Origin: Mizuhopecten yessoensis
Taxonomy: Eukaryota
Direction: 5' to 3'
Assembly (NCBI RefSeq): GCF_002113885.1
Contig: NW_018408900.1
Location: 260,077-324,076 of the forward strand
Length of the DNA stretch: 64,000 bases
Made by a program: the position numbers and the translations under genes. Below, piece after piece: positions 63,654 through 64,000 of the stretch. The notes beneath the pieces were generated by a model. That model ran no database searches. It was given only the letters and a program-made list of their open reading frames with translations, and was not told the origin of the DNA. Numbering within the stretch: position 1 is the first letter of the stretch; every line of letters begins with the position of its first letter.

Positions 63654-64000
63654 GTAAGATTCAAACCTGTTTTTTCCAACTTTGAACAATGAAATCTGCC
63701 GAAAACATCTTAAATATTTGGAATATAGTACAAATGTGTATGATTGACAGATACATTGTACCAGTCATCTTTAAATGTAGGATTGCAAGAGATAACAGTA
63801 AACAAATAGTTGATGGTAGATGATATTTGGCCCCATTTTCAATAGAAATAATGATGTTTTCCTGGAAAACTGTCTTCAAAGTTAATCAAAATTGCAAAAA
63901 AAAGTTATTTTCAGATCTGATAGCTCAATAATGAAGGTGTCCAAATCTTTTGCACGATATATTTTTAGAAAATAAATGTTGTGACATCATGTAGAAAAAT

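Overview
AT-rich, intron-rich animal genomic DNA; the repeat types resemble those of bivalve molluscs (inference). Eight spliced gene models were rebuilt by hand from splice sites and reading-frame phase: RAD17 (-, 17 coding exons, about 705 aa), TMEM69 (+), a thiolase-only SCP2-thiolase ending in SKL with one in-frame TGA (-), full-length HSDL2 (SDR+SCP2, ends PKL; +), PIGW (-, 7 exons, one GC-AG intron), an inverted HSDL2 paralogue lacking the SCP2 domain and PTS1 (-), MRGBP/Eaf7 (-), and the start of a KH-domain gene, probably DDX43 (+, runs off the window). Three pairs are head-to-head. Introns hold Helentron-like elements, palindromic MITE-like elements, a decayed LINE and minisatellites. 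Main leads: (1) a candidate peroxisomal lipid-gene cluster (thiolase + HSDL2 + HSDL2-like); (2) the two inverted HSDL2 copies are about 97.5% identical in exon 2 but about 70% in exon 3, suggesting gene conversion and a possible lossless 24-kb promoter-swapping inversion; (3) minisatellites built from a 5' splice site in MRGBP (10 donors, only the first productive) and RAD17; (4) the thiolase TGA. All calls come from reading the sequence; no database search was run.
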